Below are positions 1 to 13,672 of a DNA stretch of 64,000 bases, piece by piece. The position numbers and the translations under genes were made by a program. Location of the stretch: assembly GCA_964016885.1 (NCBI GenBank), contig OZ024742.1:116622001-116686000 (forward strand), written 5' to 3'. Under the pieces are notes generated by a model. It did not search any database and was not told the origin of the DNA. It was given only the letters and a program-made list of their open reading frames with translations. This DNA comes from Eledone cirrhosa. Taxonomy: Eukaryota. Numbering within the stretch: the first letter of the stretch is position 1; every line of letters begins with the position of its first letter.

Positions 1-821
1 ACATGAAGGCAATATTTTATAATTTATTTTCATGAGGTATTATGGATTTTTCAAATATCAATCTATATTTTTTGCTTCTATCTACAGTATATTTTGATTG
101 ATCTATTTTCTGATCATCTTCAGATTTCATGTTTCTAAATATACCAGTGGCCCAAAGATATATATGTATTTAGAAATAGCTTATATAACATGAATCTGCA
201 AACAGGTCAATCAAAATATGATAAATAGTCCATTCTTTCATTCAGCTGCTTGATCAGCTCATTCTATATGTGGCTGATTATTCTCTAAACATGTATATTT
301 TTATTATAACTCACAAAATGAAACATGACATATCATCATCATAACCATTTTACATCCACATTCCGATGCTTAAATATTTGAAAAAGCTGAACCCTTAAAT
401 TACATATCCAGTCCACCAAATGGGCTGACACACAGTTTGTCTTTATATACATATACACACTCACTGGACTGTATTATTTACTGTCTTGTTTCCCATTTAT
501 GTTATATATATATATATATTTATATATATGTCTGTCTTAGAAGTGCAATTTGCTATATGTAATCTTCTTTTATAAGGTATATCTTAAAATGGAACTTCAT
601 GATGAGGTTACATTTTAAAATTATAAACTTCAAAGGAGTAAATTGATTCAGACATTTACAATTTATACATTATTTTTCTTTCAACTAATAAATGTGTTTC
701 CTCCTTAACATTTCTGCAAATGTAATATTTTGGTTAATTCTCGGAGCAGTTCTTCAGAAATTATATATACATATTTCTTGGTAACTACAACTAATTATTA
801 TATATATATATAATATATATA

Positions 822-1236
822 TATAAAGTGACAATAAGACTTGCCATATTTTGTAAACGTTATTACATATTACAATTTGCTTCCATATCAATCAGCTCAG
901 TGTGTGATCATGTGATTGGATTCTGACTCTTAATCGACACTTCTTCAGATATGAGAGTTTACATAGGTGGTCCCAGCATATGTAAACTCTCACATCTGAA
1001 GAAGTGTCGATTAAGAGTTGAGATCCAATCATATGATCACTCCCAAGCTGATCGATATGGAAACAAATTGTAATATGTAATAAAGTTTTACAAAAAGCTG
1101 CAATTCTTATTGTCACTTCATATAAACTGTGCAAAATACAGCCACCTTAAACCTGGAGCACAACTCAATGAGAAACAGATATAGTAACAGCATCGAGTTC
1201 TTCGACCAGTAACACCAAGTTACCTACCTAATAACG
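822..1236. mobile_element. Palindromic non-coding PLE-type mini-insertion carrying hammerheads
   Basis: ~822-965 is the diverged reverse complement of ~979-1124 with a ~13-nt spacer. The right arm continues ~110 nt further. Flanked by (TA)n. Confidence 0.75.
991..1077 (+). ncRNA. Type I hammerhead ribozyme motif (mutated mirror copy 866-953, minus)
   Basis: CACAT(CATAT in mirror arm)-CTGAAGA-A-GTGTCGAT...ATCGATAT-G-GAAAC-AAATT-GT-A/ATATG. Predicted GUA cleavage after 1072. Confidence 0.7.
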
Positions 1237-1259
1237 TATATATATATATATATATATAT

Positions 1260-1510
1260 CATCATCACCATTTTACGTCCGTTCTTCCACGCTAGCATGG
1301 GTTAGACGGGTTGTCCTGTGGTGGGCAGTATCTGGTCAGCTGACCTTGTCTTGCTCATACGGGAACTGATTCATGCTTGATTTCTACAGCTGGATGTCCT
1401 TCCTAACACCAACCTCATTTACAGTGAGTGGTGGGTGCTTTTTTTCTGTGGTGCCTACACGCCCACTTTACAGCGTGGGCTGGGTGCATTTTTGCTGTGG
1501 CACTTCCACG
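1260..1510 (-). mobile_element. RTE-type 3' tail fragment or RTE-tailed SINE
   Basis: (CAT)n tail plus ttccacgctagcatgggttagacggg...gctggatgtccttcctaacaccaac, matching the 3' ends at ~6200-6358 and 7577-7800. Confidence 0.7.
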
Positions 1511-1529
1511 ATCACTTTGCAGTGGAATG

Positions 1530-1700
1530 ATAGGTACCCCAGTCCTATCATCTCATTTCGACAGCTGAGTAAACTGGAGCAATGTGAAATAAAATGTCTT
1601 GCTCAAGGAAAGAACAATAATGTGTCTTGCTCAAGGAAACAAAACATCACCTGGTCCGAGAATTGAACACATATCCTTTCGATTGCAAGCCCAATGCTTG
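1530..1700 (-). mobile_element. Degenerate tRNA-derived SINE
   Basis: Minus strand has a B-box-like gttcaattc followed by ccttgagcaagacac...tttatttcacattgctccag, homologous to 45459-45580. Confidence 0.65.
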
Positions 1701-1715
1701 TATATATATATATAT

Positions 1716-2094
1716 TTAAAAGAATAGAGGTGTAACACACAAGTTATGATATATTGGTAAGCGAAAGAGAAAATGCTGACAAATTGTTCACAGTGAAAAA
1801 TAGTTTAATTAGAAATAAGTGAGAATTAGTAATAGTATTGATTAGTAATCAGTTTTGGTTTTTAGTTTTACCGGTTGTGCATTTCTAATGCTTTTCAAAA
1901 ATAATTTTGAGATAGAGCGTCCGTGATGTTTGCTCTGCAGAACAAACATCACGGACGCTCTATCTCAAACCGGTAAAACTAAAAACCAAAACTGAATACT
2001 AACCAATACTATTACTAATTCTCACTTATTCCTAATTAAACTATTTTTCACTGTGAACAATTTGTCAGCATTTTCTATTCCGTTTACCAATATA
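1716..2094. mobile_element. Palindromic mini-insertion with a degenerate U3/A8 hammerhead (1862-1904, minus)
   Basis: Arms ~1749-1937 and 1938-2094 centred on TCTGCAGA. The left arm extends ~33 nt further. The right arm lacks the ~30-nt hammerhead core. Confidence 0.7.
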
Positions 2095-2099
2095 TATAT

Positions 2100-2500
2100 A
2101 TCATCATTATCATAGTTTTTACACCTATGTTTCTTCACATGCATGGATGGATGGATCCTTTTCAGCACAACATCTTTCCATTGAGTGTTTCAGTGATTTG
2201 AGATCAGATTTCATGACCTCTGCACAAGTCTTCCTTGGCTTTCTACTATTGCACTGGAATTTTGTACTCTTTTTAACCCAGTGATCACCATCCATGTGCA
2301 TCACATGTCCATACCAACACAGTCTTCTCTTTTGCACACTTCCGATTTTTCTTATATCCAGTTTGTCTCTCAATTCATCCAATCTCTGTCATTTTTCTTA
2401 CATTCATATTGCCCATCAATCACAGCATGCTTGCTTCATTTCTCTCCAGCCTTATTCTAGTTATAATGCATTTGGAGCACCTTCCTACACTGCTAATTAA
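2100..2500 (-). mobile_element. RTE LINE 3' fragment
   Basis: Translates as RRLCWYGHVMHM...KPRKT, the RTE C-terminal motif, with a degenerate (CAT)n tail at ~2100. Confidence 0.8.
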
Positions 2501-2607
2501 ATGCCATATGCCCACTTTTTGCTCAGTTGCAGTGGATCTTAATTTTAAAAGTTCTATTCCCATGTTCATTTTATTGAGTGATATTTGTTCTCATAGTTTT
2601 CTTTATG

Positions 2608-3024
2608 TTATGGCTCAGATATTGGTTTTATCTGTAATTTTCTGGGTAAGATCAGTGTGGTAGAACATCCATTTCTCATAGATTCCAACTTTTTTTGATA
2701 TTTTTCACTATGTTCTAAAATGTGAATCTCTTTTTTCCTATGTGTTTTCCAAATGCATCGAATTTTGCTTTTGATGTGGTGTAAAGTTTCTTGTTCTGTT
2801 TCGCTGCTCATTAATTTTTCCATTCTATTACATAATAGCTGTATGTTGAGACTAAACTCATTATTGGTTGTTCTTTTGTTGTCTTCGTTGTTGCAGTCAT
2901 GTTTAGGATTGTGTAGTTTATTGAATTTTTCTGTTAGGATTGTGAGGTTTCTATTTATAACTTTTAATTCATTTAGAATATCATCATTTATAATTGTGAT
3001 TGTTGTGTAGATGTTCAGTGCCAT
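2608..3024 (-). pseudogene. Unidentified ORF fragment, possibly the N-terminus of a retroelement protein
   Basis: 138-aa Asn/Lys-rich ORF starting ~190 nt downstream of a degenerate hammerhead-like motif (3214-3254, minus). No recognisable domain. Confidence 0.25.
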
Positions 3025-3305
3025 TTTCTGGATTTGTATAGTTTTTAATAACTGAAAAAAGGTGGGAGTGGGGGAATTTTCTACAAATCAAAGGTTATAG
3101 GTAAAAAGTAAGAGAAAAAGCACAAAGGTGTATTTAAAGAATATTGTTTTTTTTAATCCGAGAGAATAAATATTTTTATAATTGTTACATTAAATGAATT
3201 TAAATTTTGACAAATAATACCGGCTTCGATTGGTATATCAATCTTATAAACTATAGAAAAGGTTCTGTACACACACATGTATATATATATATATATATAT
3301 ATATA

Positions 3306-4902
<1,597 letters not shown>

Positions 4903-5004
4903 TATATATCTGTGTGTGTATATATACACGCACATATATATATGATCATCATCATCAACATTGATCAATTTCCATTTTCCACACTAGCATGGATATGTAT
5001 ATAT

Positions 5005-6358
5005 ATGCAGAGTTGATCTAACGCTCATAGCTGAATCGATGGCTGAACTAGAGAAGAAATTCCAAACATGGAAGCATGGCCTAGAATCAAAAGGCCTTAA
5101 AGTTAACTTGTCTCAGACTAAAGTTCTAGTATGTAGGATAGAAAATAGGGCACAGGTCCCCTCTTGGAAATGGCCATGCTCAGTGTGTAGGAAAGGAGTA
5201 GGCAGAAATTCCATTTTATGTCCCAAATGTAAAATACGGGTGCATAAAAGATACGGTGGGATCACAGGTAAGCTATCTAAGAACGTAGATTTTATATGTG
5301 GCAGGTGCTCAGGTGCAATAAGTAGCAAGCGTGCACAGGATACTAGCTCCTTCTATTGCCCAGATGGCTCGATAGAAATAGTCGACACCTTGCGTTACCT
5401 GGGTAACAAAATTAGCAGTGGTGGAGGGTGCTCAGAAAGTACAGTTGCCAGAATCAGAATGGGATGGAAAAGGTTCAGAGAGCTTATACCGCTATTGGCC
5501 ACTAAAGGTTTCTCTCTAAAAATGAAAAGCAGACTGTATAATGCCTGCATATGAACAGCTATATTACATGGCAGTGAGACATGTGCATTGTTTACAGAGG
5601 ATCTGCGAAGACCGGAGAGGTACGAAGCATGCATGCTCCGTTGGATGTGTAATAGGAATATACGCGAATGGCAAAGTATAAATGAACTAAGTGAGAAATT
5701 AGGAATAAGAGGGATCAGATACTGTTTACTTGAGAAAAGACTATGTTGGTATGGTCACGTGATGCGCATGAAAGACGACAGCTGTATAAAAAGTGCAGCG
5801 TGATCAAAATTGACGGAAGTTACTAGGCAGACCCAGAAAAACCTGGGACGATTTGATAAATTCCGACCCTACACACTTACACTTCTCTAAGACAATGTCA
5901 CGAGACCGAAATATTTGGTGCTACACAGTAATACAGAAAACCTCCCTTGCCTAAGTAAAAAGTGAAACCTACAGTCAGTAGGCACCTTTTAATCAAATAT
6001 ACACCCCCCTCCTACTACCCCAACTACCCCCATCCCCAGCCCCATCAACACCACCCCTTTCTCTGTAAAGTTATGTTGGTACCACAACATTCAGTCCTAA
6101 ATAAATGAGGTCGTGTAGGTGTCACAACAACAAAAAAACACGGTCCACGCTGTAATGTGGTCGTGTAGGTAACACAGTAAAAACCTCCCAGTCCACACTG
6201 TAAATGTGGTTGGTGTTAGGAAGGGCATCCAGCCGTAGAAAACCTGCCAGACAGTTCCATACAAATGAGACGACCAATCTTGCCTCAAGTGGGACAGTTC
6301 CCATCTAAACCCAAGATAGCGTGGAAGATAGACATTAAACGATGATGATAGTGATGAT
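5005..6358 (+). mobile_element. 5'-truncated RTE LINE (end of RT, PHD finger, 3' UTR, (GAT)n tail)
   Basis: GLKVNLSQTKVL, CSVC...CPKC...HKR...CGRC, RYLG, MLRWMC and WYGHVMRM motifs; stops present. Confidence 0.9.
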
Positions 6359-6376
6359 GATATATATATATGCATG

Positions 6377-6460
<84 letters not shown>

Positions 6461-6466
6461 TGTATA

Positions 6467-6996
6467 TCATCATCATCATCATTTTATGTCCGCTTTACCC
6501 TGCTTGCAAGGGTGGGACAGGTCCTCTTCAGCACAACATCTCTCCACTTGTCACGGTCAATCGTAATCTCTTCCGTGAGTTTCAGTGATCTGAAGTACGG
6601 TCTCACCATCTCCGCCCATGTTTTTCGAGGCCTTCCTCTACTGCGTCTTTTCTCTCCTGGGATTTCTTGGCACATCTCTATCCAGCTGTCATCCTCCATG
6701 CGCATCACATGTCCATACCATCTCAGTCTTCTCTCCTGCACACCACAACATATCCCTCTTATACCCAGTTTCTTTCTCAACTCATCTATGCTTGGTCGTT
6801 CCTGCACATTCAACGGAGAATGCACATCCAACGGAGCATGCACATCCAACGGAGCATGCTTCCTTCATTTCTCTCTAGCAGTCGCATATCCACTACAGTT
6901 GCTGCCCATGTCTCACTAAGATGCAGCGTCGCGCTTCTCACACAGGCATCATATAACCATCCTTTCGTACGCAGGGAGAAATCCTTCTTTGTCAAC
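6467..6996 (-). mobile_element. RTE LINE 3' fragment, same family as 42347-45403
   Basis: [15 protein letters not shown]...RGRPRKTW...RTCPTLASR, with a (CAT)n tail at 6467-6481. Confidence 0.9.
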
Positions 6997-7045
6997 ATAC
7001 ATCTGTATATATATATATGCATGAATATATATATATGTATATATA

Positions 7046-7129
<84 letters not shown>

Positions 7130-7133
<4 letters not shown>

Positions 7134-7555
7134 AAGGATACTATTTACGGTTATGTATATACTAAAACTTTTTATAGTTATATATATTTTAAATCCTAAA
7201 GAGTGAAAGACAGTAATTTATTACTACCTTAAGATAAACCTGTAAGATAAATAGCTCAATGTAATAACATCAGTTGTTCTACAGAGCATTTGAATTTTAA
7301 TTTTGCTTTGATTCTGTTTTAATATGATTTTAATTTTTGAATTTAAATTGCCATTCAGAAATAATATAATATGTGTCACCCCACTGTGCATCAATATATA
7401 CATATGTATCTGTATGTCTCTTGCGTTGGAAAGGAGGGCATGAATGTATACAAACATTAAATAATGCTCCGAAGACTCCAAACCTCGGTTTGGATGAAAC
7501 AATTGTAAGCTAATAAATGGTTTGAACATAACTTTGATTCCTGTGAATTCTCTCT
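7130..7555 (+). mobile_element. PLE-type non-coding 3' fragment in (TA)n
   Basis: AT-rich segment between microsatellites that ends ~45 nt after a hammerhead motif. Confidence 0.5.
7466..7510 (+). ncRNA. Minimal type I hammerhead motif (U4C in this copy)
   Basis: GCT-CCGAAGA-C-TCCAAACC-TC-GGTTTGGA-T-GAAAC-AATT-GT-A/AGC with palindromic stem III ACAATTGT. Confidence 0.65.
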
Positions 7556-7576
7556 CTCTATATATATATATATGTG

Positions 7577-8125
7577 CATCATCATCATCATCATCTTCGT
7601 TTAACATCCATTTTCCACTCTAGCATGGGTTAGACGAGAGTTGTCCCACTTGAAGGCAAGGCTGCTCGGGTGACCATGTCTTGCTCATATAGGACTATCT
7701 GGCAGGTTTTCTACGGCTGGATGCCCTTCCTTACACCAACCACATTTACAGTGTGGAACTGGGAACTTTTTAGCGTGATACCTACATGGCCACATTACAG
7801 CGTGGACTGTGTGTTTCTTTTGTCGTGACACCTACACGATCTCATTTTCTCGTGCTGTTGGTTGGAGTGGGAGGATAGGGTAGGGGTAGTGGATTGGGGT
7901 GTATATTTGGTTAAGAGGTGCCTACTAACTGTAGGTTTCGCTTTGTATATAGGCAAGGCGGGTCTTCTGTATTACTGCGTAGCGCTAAAGATCTCGGTCC
8001 AGAGACATTGTCTTAGAGAGATGTAAGTGTGTGAGGTCGGAATTTATAAGATCATCCCAGGTTTTTCTGGGTCTACCTACTCCGTAACTACCATCAATTA
8101 TGATCGCCCTGCACTTTTTATGCAG
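7577..8125 (-). mobile_element. RTE LINE 3' fragment, family of 5005-6358
   Basis: Diverged reverse complement of ~5780-6358, including the (CAT)n tail. Confidence 0.85.
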
Positions 8126-8129
8126 CTAT

Positions 8130-8822
<693 letters not shown>

Positions 8823-9795
8823 TGAGAATAAACGTGCTGCGTGGTTGCTAATGGGTTACATATGAATAAAGTTAGTCCTTCATCAGTGATCTTCCAACCA
8901 TCATTGGTATTTCAACGCTTTAAAGACCATATACCTCCAGTTGGTGTGAGCAACGGCTAAAAAATGTCGTTGGGACACGTAAATAAAGGGGACACGAGAG
9001 TGTAAACAAACAAAGATGGTGAAGCAACGAAAAATGAGGAAGAAGGAGTCAAGTCCCAAATTTCCATGAATATAAGTTCGATGAAATCGTGAACGAGAAA
9101 GAATAAAGACCATCAAACCTGGTTTGAATGTGAGCAAGGAAGGAATTCCGTACAGGTCTAACGGGAGGAAGAAGGAATCTATTCTGTGAATTCGGTAAAC
9201 ATAAGTTCTGTGAAATCGTTGACGAGAGAGAGAAAAAAGGAAACCTGCCTGACCAAGGGTGCGAAAGAAAAGGATTACGCACAGGTCAAACGGGAAGCAG
9301 GAGGAGGAGGAGAGGTAGTAACAGAGAGTGAGTGAGGGAAGGGTGAGGAATAGGCTAACAGAGAGAGTGACTGCAAGAGAGGGTAAAGATACAGAGAAAG
9401 AGGAAGCAGTAAGACCGAAATAGACGGGTCACAGCGAGGGAAAAAAATATGTGTAAATATAAGAATAAACGTGCTGCGTGGTTGCTAATTGTTTACATAT
9501 GAATAAACTTAGTCCTTCATCAGTGATCTTCCAACCATCATTGGTATTTCATCGCTTTAAAGACCATATACCTCCGGTTGGTGCGAGCAACGGCTAAAAA
9601 AGGTCGTTGGGACACGTACATAAAGGGGACACGAGAGTGTAAACAAACGAAGATGGTGAAGTAACGAAAAGTGAGGAAGAAGGAGTCAACTCCAAATTTC
9701 CATGATTATAAGTTCGGTGAAACAGTGAACGAGAGAGAATAGAATCCTTCTTCCTCCCGTTAGACCTGTACGGAATTCCTTCCTTGCTCACATTA
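8823..9795 (-). mobile_element. Non-coding ~638-bp-unit tandem repeat (~1.4 units) with a short inverted terminal arm
   Basis: 8824-9105 recurs at 9462-9741. 9742-9794 is the reverse complement of ~9127-9180. Flanked by (TA)n and AT-rich tracts. Confidence 0.6.
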
Positions 9796-9836
9796 AAATA
9801 AAAAAAATATTATTATTATTTATTTTTTTATTCTAC

Positions 9837-9888
<52 letters not shown>

Positions 9889-10289
9889 TATATTTTTTTA
9901 ATTTATTTATCTATTCTTTTATTCACTTATTTGTTTATTTATTTATTTATGTATTTCTTTAGCCTAGCAATAGCGAGAGACTTATGTCTTAGTAACCAGA
10001 TTTTGCTTTTTTTTTTTCTCTCCCAGTACCTTTTTTGGTTTTACCTTTCATTGTTCTACTTACCGTTTCGACCTCCTCCACCTCCCCCTCCCCAGTATCC
10101 TTTTTGACCTCACACCCAGCTGTAGCTGACACTACCAACGCATGAATGGGTCTACTCCACCCCTTCTCTCTTTTTCTCCTACCGGCAGGTTTAGCTACCC
10201 CTTCCCCCACCAACTTGCCATCACAGATTTACTACTAACTTGTGATGTGACCAATCCTGGTGATTATCTCTTTGACCATATATGGAATT

Positions 10290-10383
10290 ACCCCTTGATA
10301 AGTTCGGCTATTTAAATACCAGAATAAACTTTCATTCAGTACAGAATTAGCCGTCGAAACGGCTTGAGCTCAGCCATCGGGGT
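10290..10383 (+). ncRNA. Type I hammerhead motif, U3/A8 core variant with long stem III, at the 3' end of a ~500-bp insertion (~9890-10395)
   Basis: ACCCC-TTGATAA-G-TT-CGGCTA...TAGCCG-TC-GAAAC-GGCT-TGAGCTCA-GCC-AT-C/GGGGT. Confidence 0.6.
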
Positions 10384-10393
10384 CTTACTTGTT

Positions 10394-10462
<69 letters not shown>

Positions 10463-10513
10463 GCATATATATATATATATGCATATATATATATATATAT
10501 GCATATATATATG

Positions 10514-10551
<38 letters not shown>

Positions 10552-10555
10552 TATA

Positions 10556-10604
<49 letters not shown>

Positions 10605-10625
10605 GTATATATATATATATATTTA

Positions 10626-10656
<31 letters not shown>

Positions 10657-10708
10657 GCATATAAATATATATATATGCATATATATATATATATAAAAAT
10701 ATATATAT

Positions 10709-10773
<65 letters not shown>

Positions 10774-10806
10774 TATATATATATATATATGTGTATATAT
10801 ATATAT

Positions 10807-10849
<43 letters not shown>

Positions 10850-10853
<4 letters not shown>

Positions 10854-11526
10854 ACTTTGAAATAACTTTGAAATGTTTTGAACAGTATTGGCCCAGGCCA
10901 TGTCTAACTTAATAGCACCACCTGGCGAAGTCTTTCAATTCAGGATTTGGGCACCATGGCCCATTCGAGAAGAGAATTACTGTTTGCGGAGACATATCCG
11001 GGTGTGGGTGGTTTGTCCGGGATTACTTGGAGGAATTTGTCCAAAGACTTCTTGAATTTTGTGTGGTCAGTTTCTGTTTTGACGTGTCCTGGTGTGATGT
11101 TGAAGAGAGCAGGGCCGATTGAGGTGAAATAATTGTGCCGTATTGTTGTTATGAGTTGCGATTTAGATTTTTGAATGGGACGGATAGCACGGGGCCCAAG
11201 CCTTGGGTGTATCTTGAAGGCGATGCCAACATCATTTGGGCAGTGATGATGGAACATTTTCCACATCATGCAGATAATATAACGCTCACGGCGACGTTGG
11301 AGTGAGTAAAGTTTCAGGTTTTCTAATCGACCCCAGTAGTCAAGGCCTGACATGCCATCTATCTTTTTCGTGATTGCCCTTTGAGGAGCTTCAAGTTTCA
11401 TGATACTTTGTTTCGTGTGGGGAGACCACAGTGGACAACAGTATTCAAGGTGTGGTCGGGCAAAAGTAGAGAAGAGAAGGATAATGGTGCGGGAATCTCT
11501 CGACTGGAAGGTTCTGAGGATCCACA
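10850..11526 (-). mobile_element. CR1-type LINE 3' fragment
   Basis: WILRTF...[13 protein letters not shown]...[11 protein letters not shown]...[11 protein letters not shown], with a short tandem tail (TTCAAAGTTAT)n. Confidence 0.88.
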
Positions 11527-11606
11527 CATATATATATATGCATATATATATATATATATATGCATATATATATATGTGTGTGTGTATATATATATGCATA
11601 TATATA

Positions 11607-11691
<85 letters not shown>

Positions 11692-11726
11692 ATATATAAA
11701 TATATATGGATATATGTATATATATA

Positions 11727-11778
<52 letters not shown>

Positions 11779-12032
11779 TATATATATATATTTATATATA
11801 TATATATAAATGCATGTATATATATATATGCATATATATATATATGCATATATATATATATATATATATATGCATATATATATATGCATATATATGCATA
11901 TATATAAATATATATATATGCATATATATGCATATATATAAATATATATATATATATATGCATAGGTATATATATATGCATATATATATATATATGCATA
12001 GGTATTTATATATGCATATATATATATATATA

Positions 12033-12106
<74 letters not shown>

Positions 12107-12117
12107 TATATATATAT

Positions 12118-12672
12118 AGATAAATCTACCAAGAGTTTACGGTAGTGTCCAATCCGTATGAAGAACTCAATGTAATCCGGATATCATGGAAAGAAGAGAT
12201 GCAATGAAAAATCACTTTCGGTGAAAGATAAACGGAATACAGAGTCAAGATAAAAAATTAAAAAAATAATGAATAAAACAATGAAACAGTTCCTTATATT
12301 AAACAAAAAAAGTTCATTATTTAACGATCGTTTCTAGGATATATATGTGTTAGAATTGGCATGCATATTCAACAGATCTATGTACAAAATTATACAAAAT
12401 TATACAAACTATCAAAATTAAATATACATACCAAACACATATATATGCCGTCTTCAGAAATAATAATTATTTCTGAAGACGGCATATATATGTGTTTGGT
12501 ATGTATATTTAATTTTGATAGTTTGTATAATTTTGTATAATTTTGTACATAGATCTGTTGAATATGCATGCCAATTCTAACACATATATATCCTAGAAAC
12601 GATCGTTAAATAATGAACTTTTTTTGTTTAATATAAGGAACTGTTTCATTGTTTTATTCATTATTTTTTTTT

Positions 12673-12680
<8 letters not shown>
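12118..12680. mobile_element. Palindromic mini-copy of the 29964-41910 PLE family with two hammerheads (12313-12464 minus, 12466-12617 plus)
   Basis: Near-perfect inverted arms around one base at 12465, homologous to 35063-35400. The long arm ends at the same nucleotide as the 29964 arm. Confidence 0.9.
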
Positions 12681-12717
<37 letters not shown>

Positions 12718-12765
12718 TATATATATATATATATATGCATATATATATATATATATATATGCATA

Positions 12766-12855
<90 letters not shown>

Positions 12856-12895
12856 TATATTTATAAATATATATATATATATATATATATGCATA

Positions 12896-12931
<36 letters not shown>

Positions 12932-12933
12932 TA

Positions 12934-12987
<54 letters not shown>

Positions 12988-12989
12988 TA

Positions 12990-13041
<52 letters not shown>

Positions 13042-13043
13042 TA

Positions 13044-13083
<40 letters not shown>

Positions 13084-13085
13084 TA

Positions 13086-13125
<40 letters not shown>

Positions 13126-13127
13126 TA

Positions 13128-13267
<140 letters not shown>

Positions 13268-13672
13268 GGAGGTGAGTTTTATTGTAGTACAATAAAGCAA
13301 TGCAGATATCGGATAAGAAGCACTCTACAGTTTGTGGGACTGGAGTATGCATAATATAAGATCAAAAGATGGTTAAAGGAGTTCCATATATTTTATTATG
13401 CGCATTTCAAAAACAAACATTATCATGCAATAATATTTGTGTTTTCATCAGTTAAAACAGGAGAACATGATATGAAGGCTAAAAAACACTTGTGGATAGT
13501 GCAGTTTTAAATCAACATATGAAAAGTGGTTTTAGATTGATGTGTGATATTGGGAAAAATATTTTATTTAGAGGGGGGGGGGGAGGATGAAAAGGGAACG
13601 AGATGAGAGGGAGAGATGGGTGATAGAGAGAAAGAGAAAAGAAAAAGGAAAAAGGAAAGAGAAAGGAAAAAG

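Noticed and set aside
1780-1812. Plus-strand hammerhead-like CTGACAA...GAAA
   Set aside because: C3/A8 mismatch, no stem I partner, and it is antisense to the element orientation.
8860-8925. Type II hammerhead using the upstream GAAA and CTGATGA on the minus strand
   Set aside because: Stem I and the NUH site cannot be formed.
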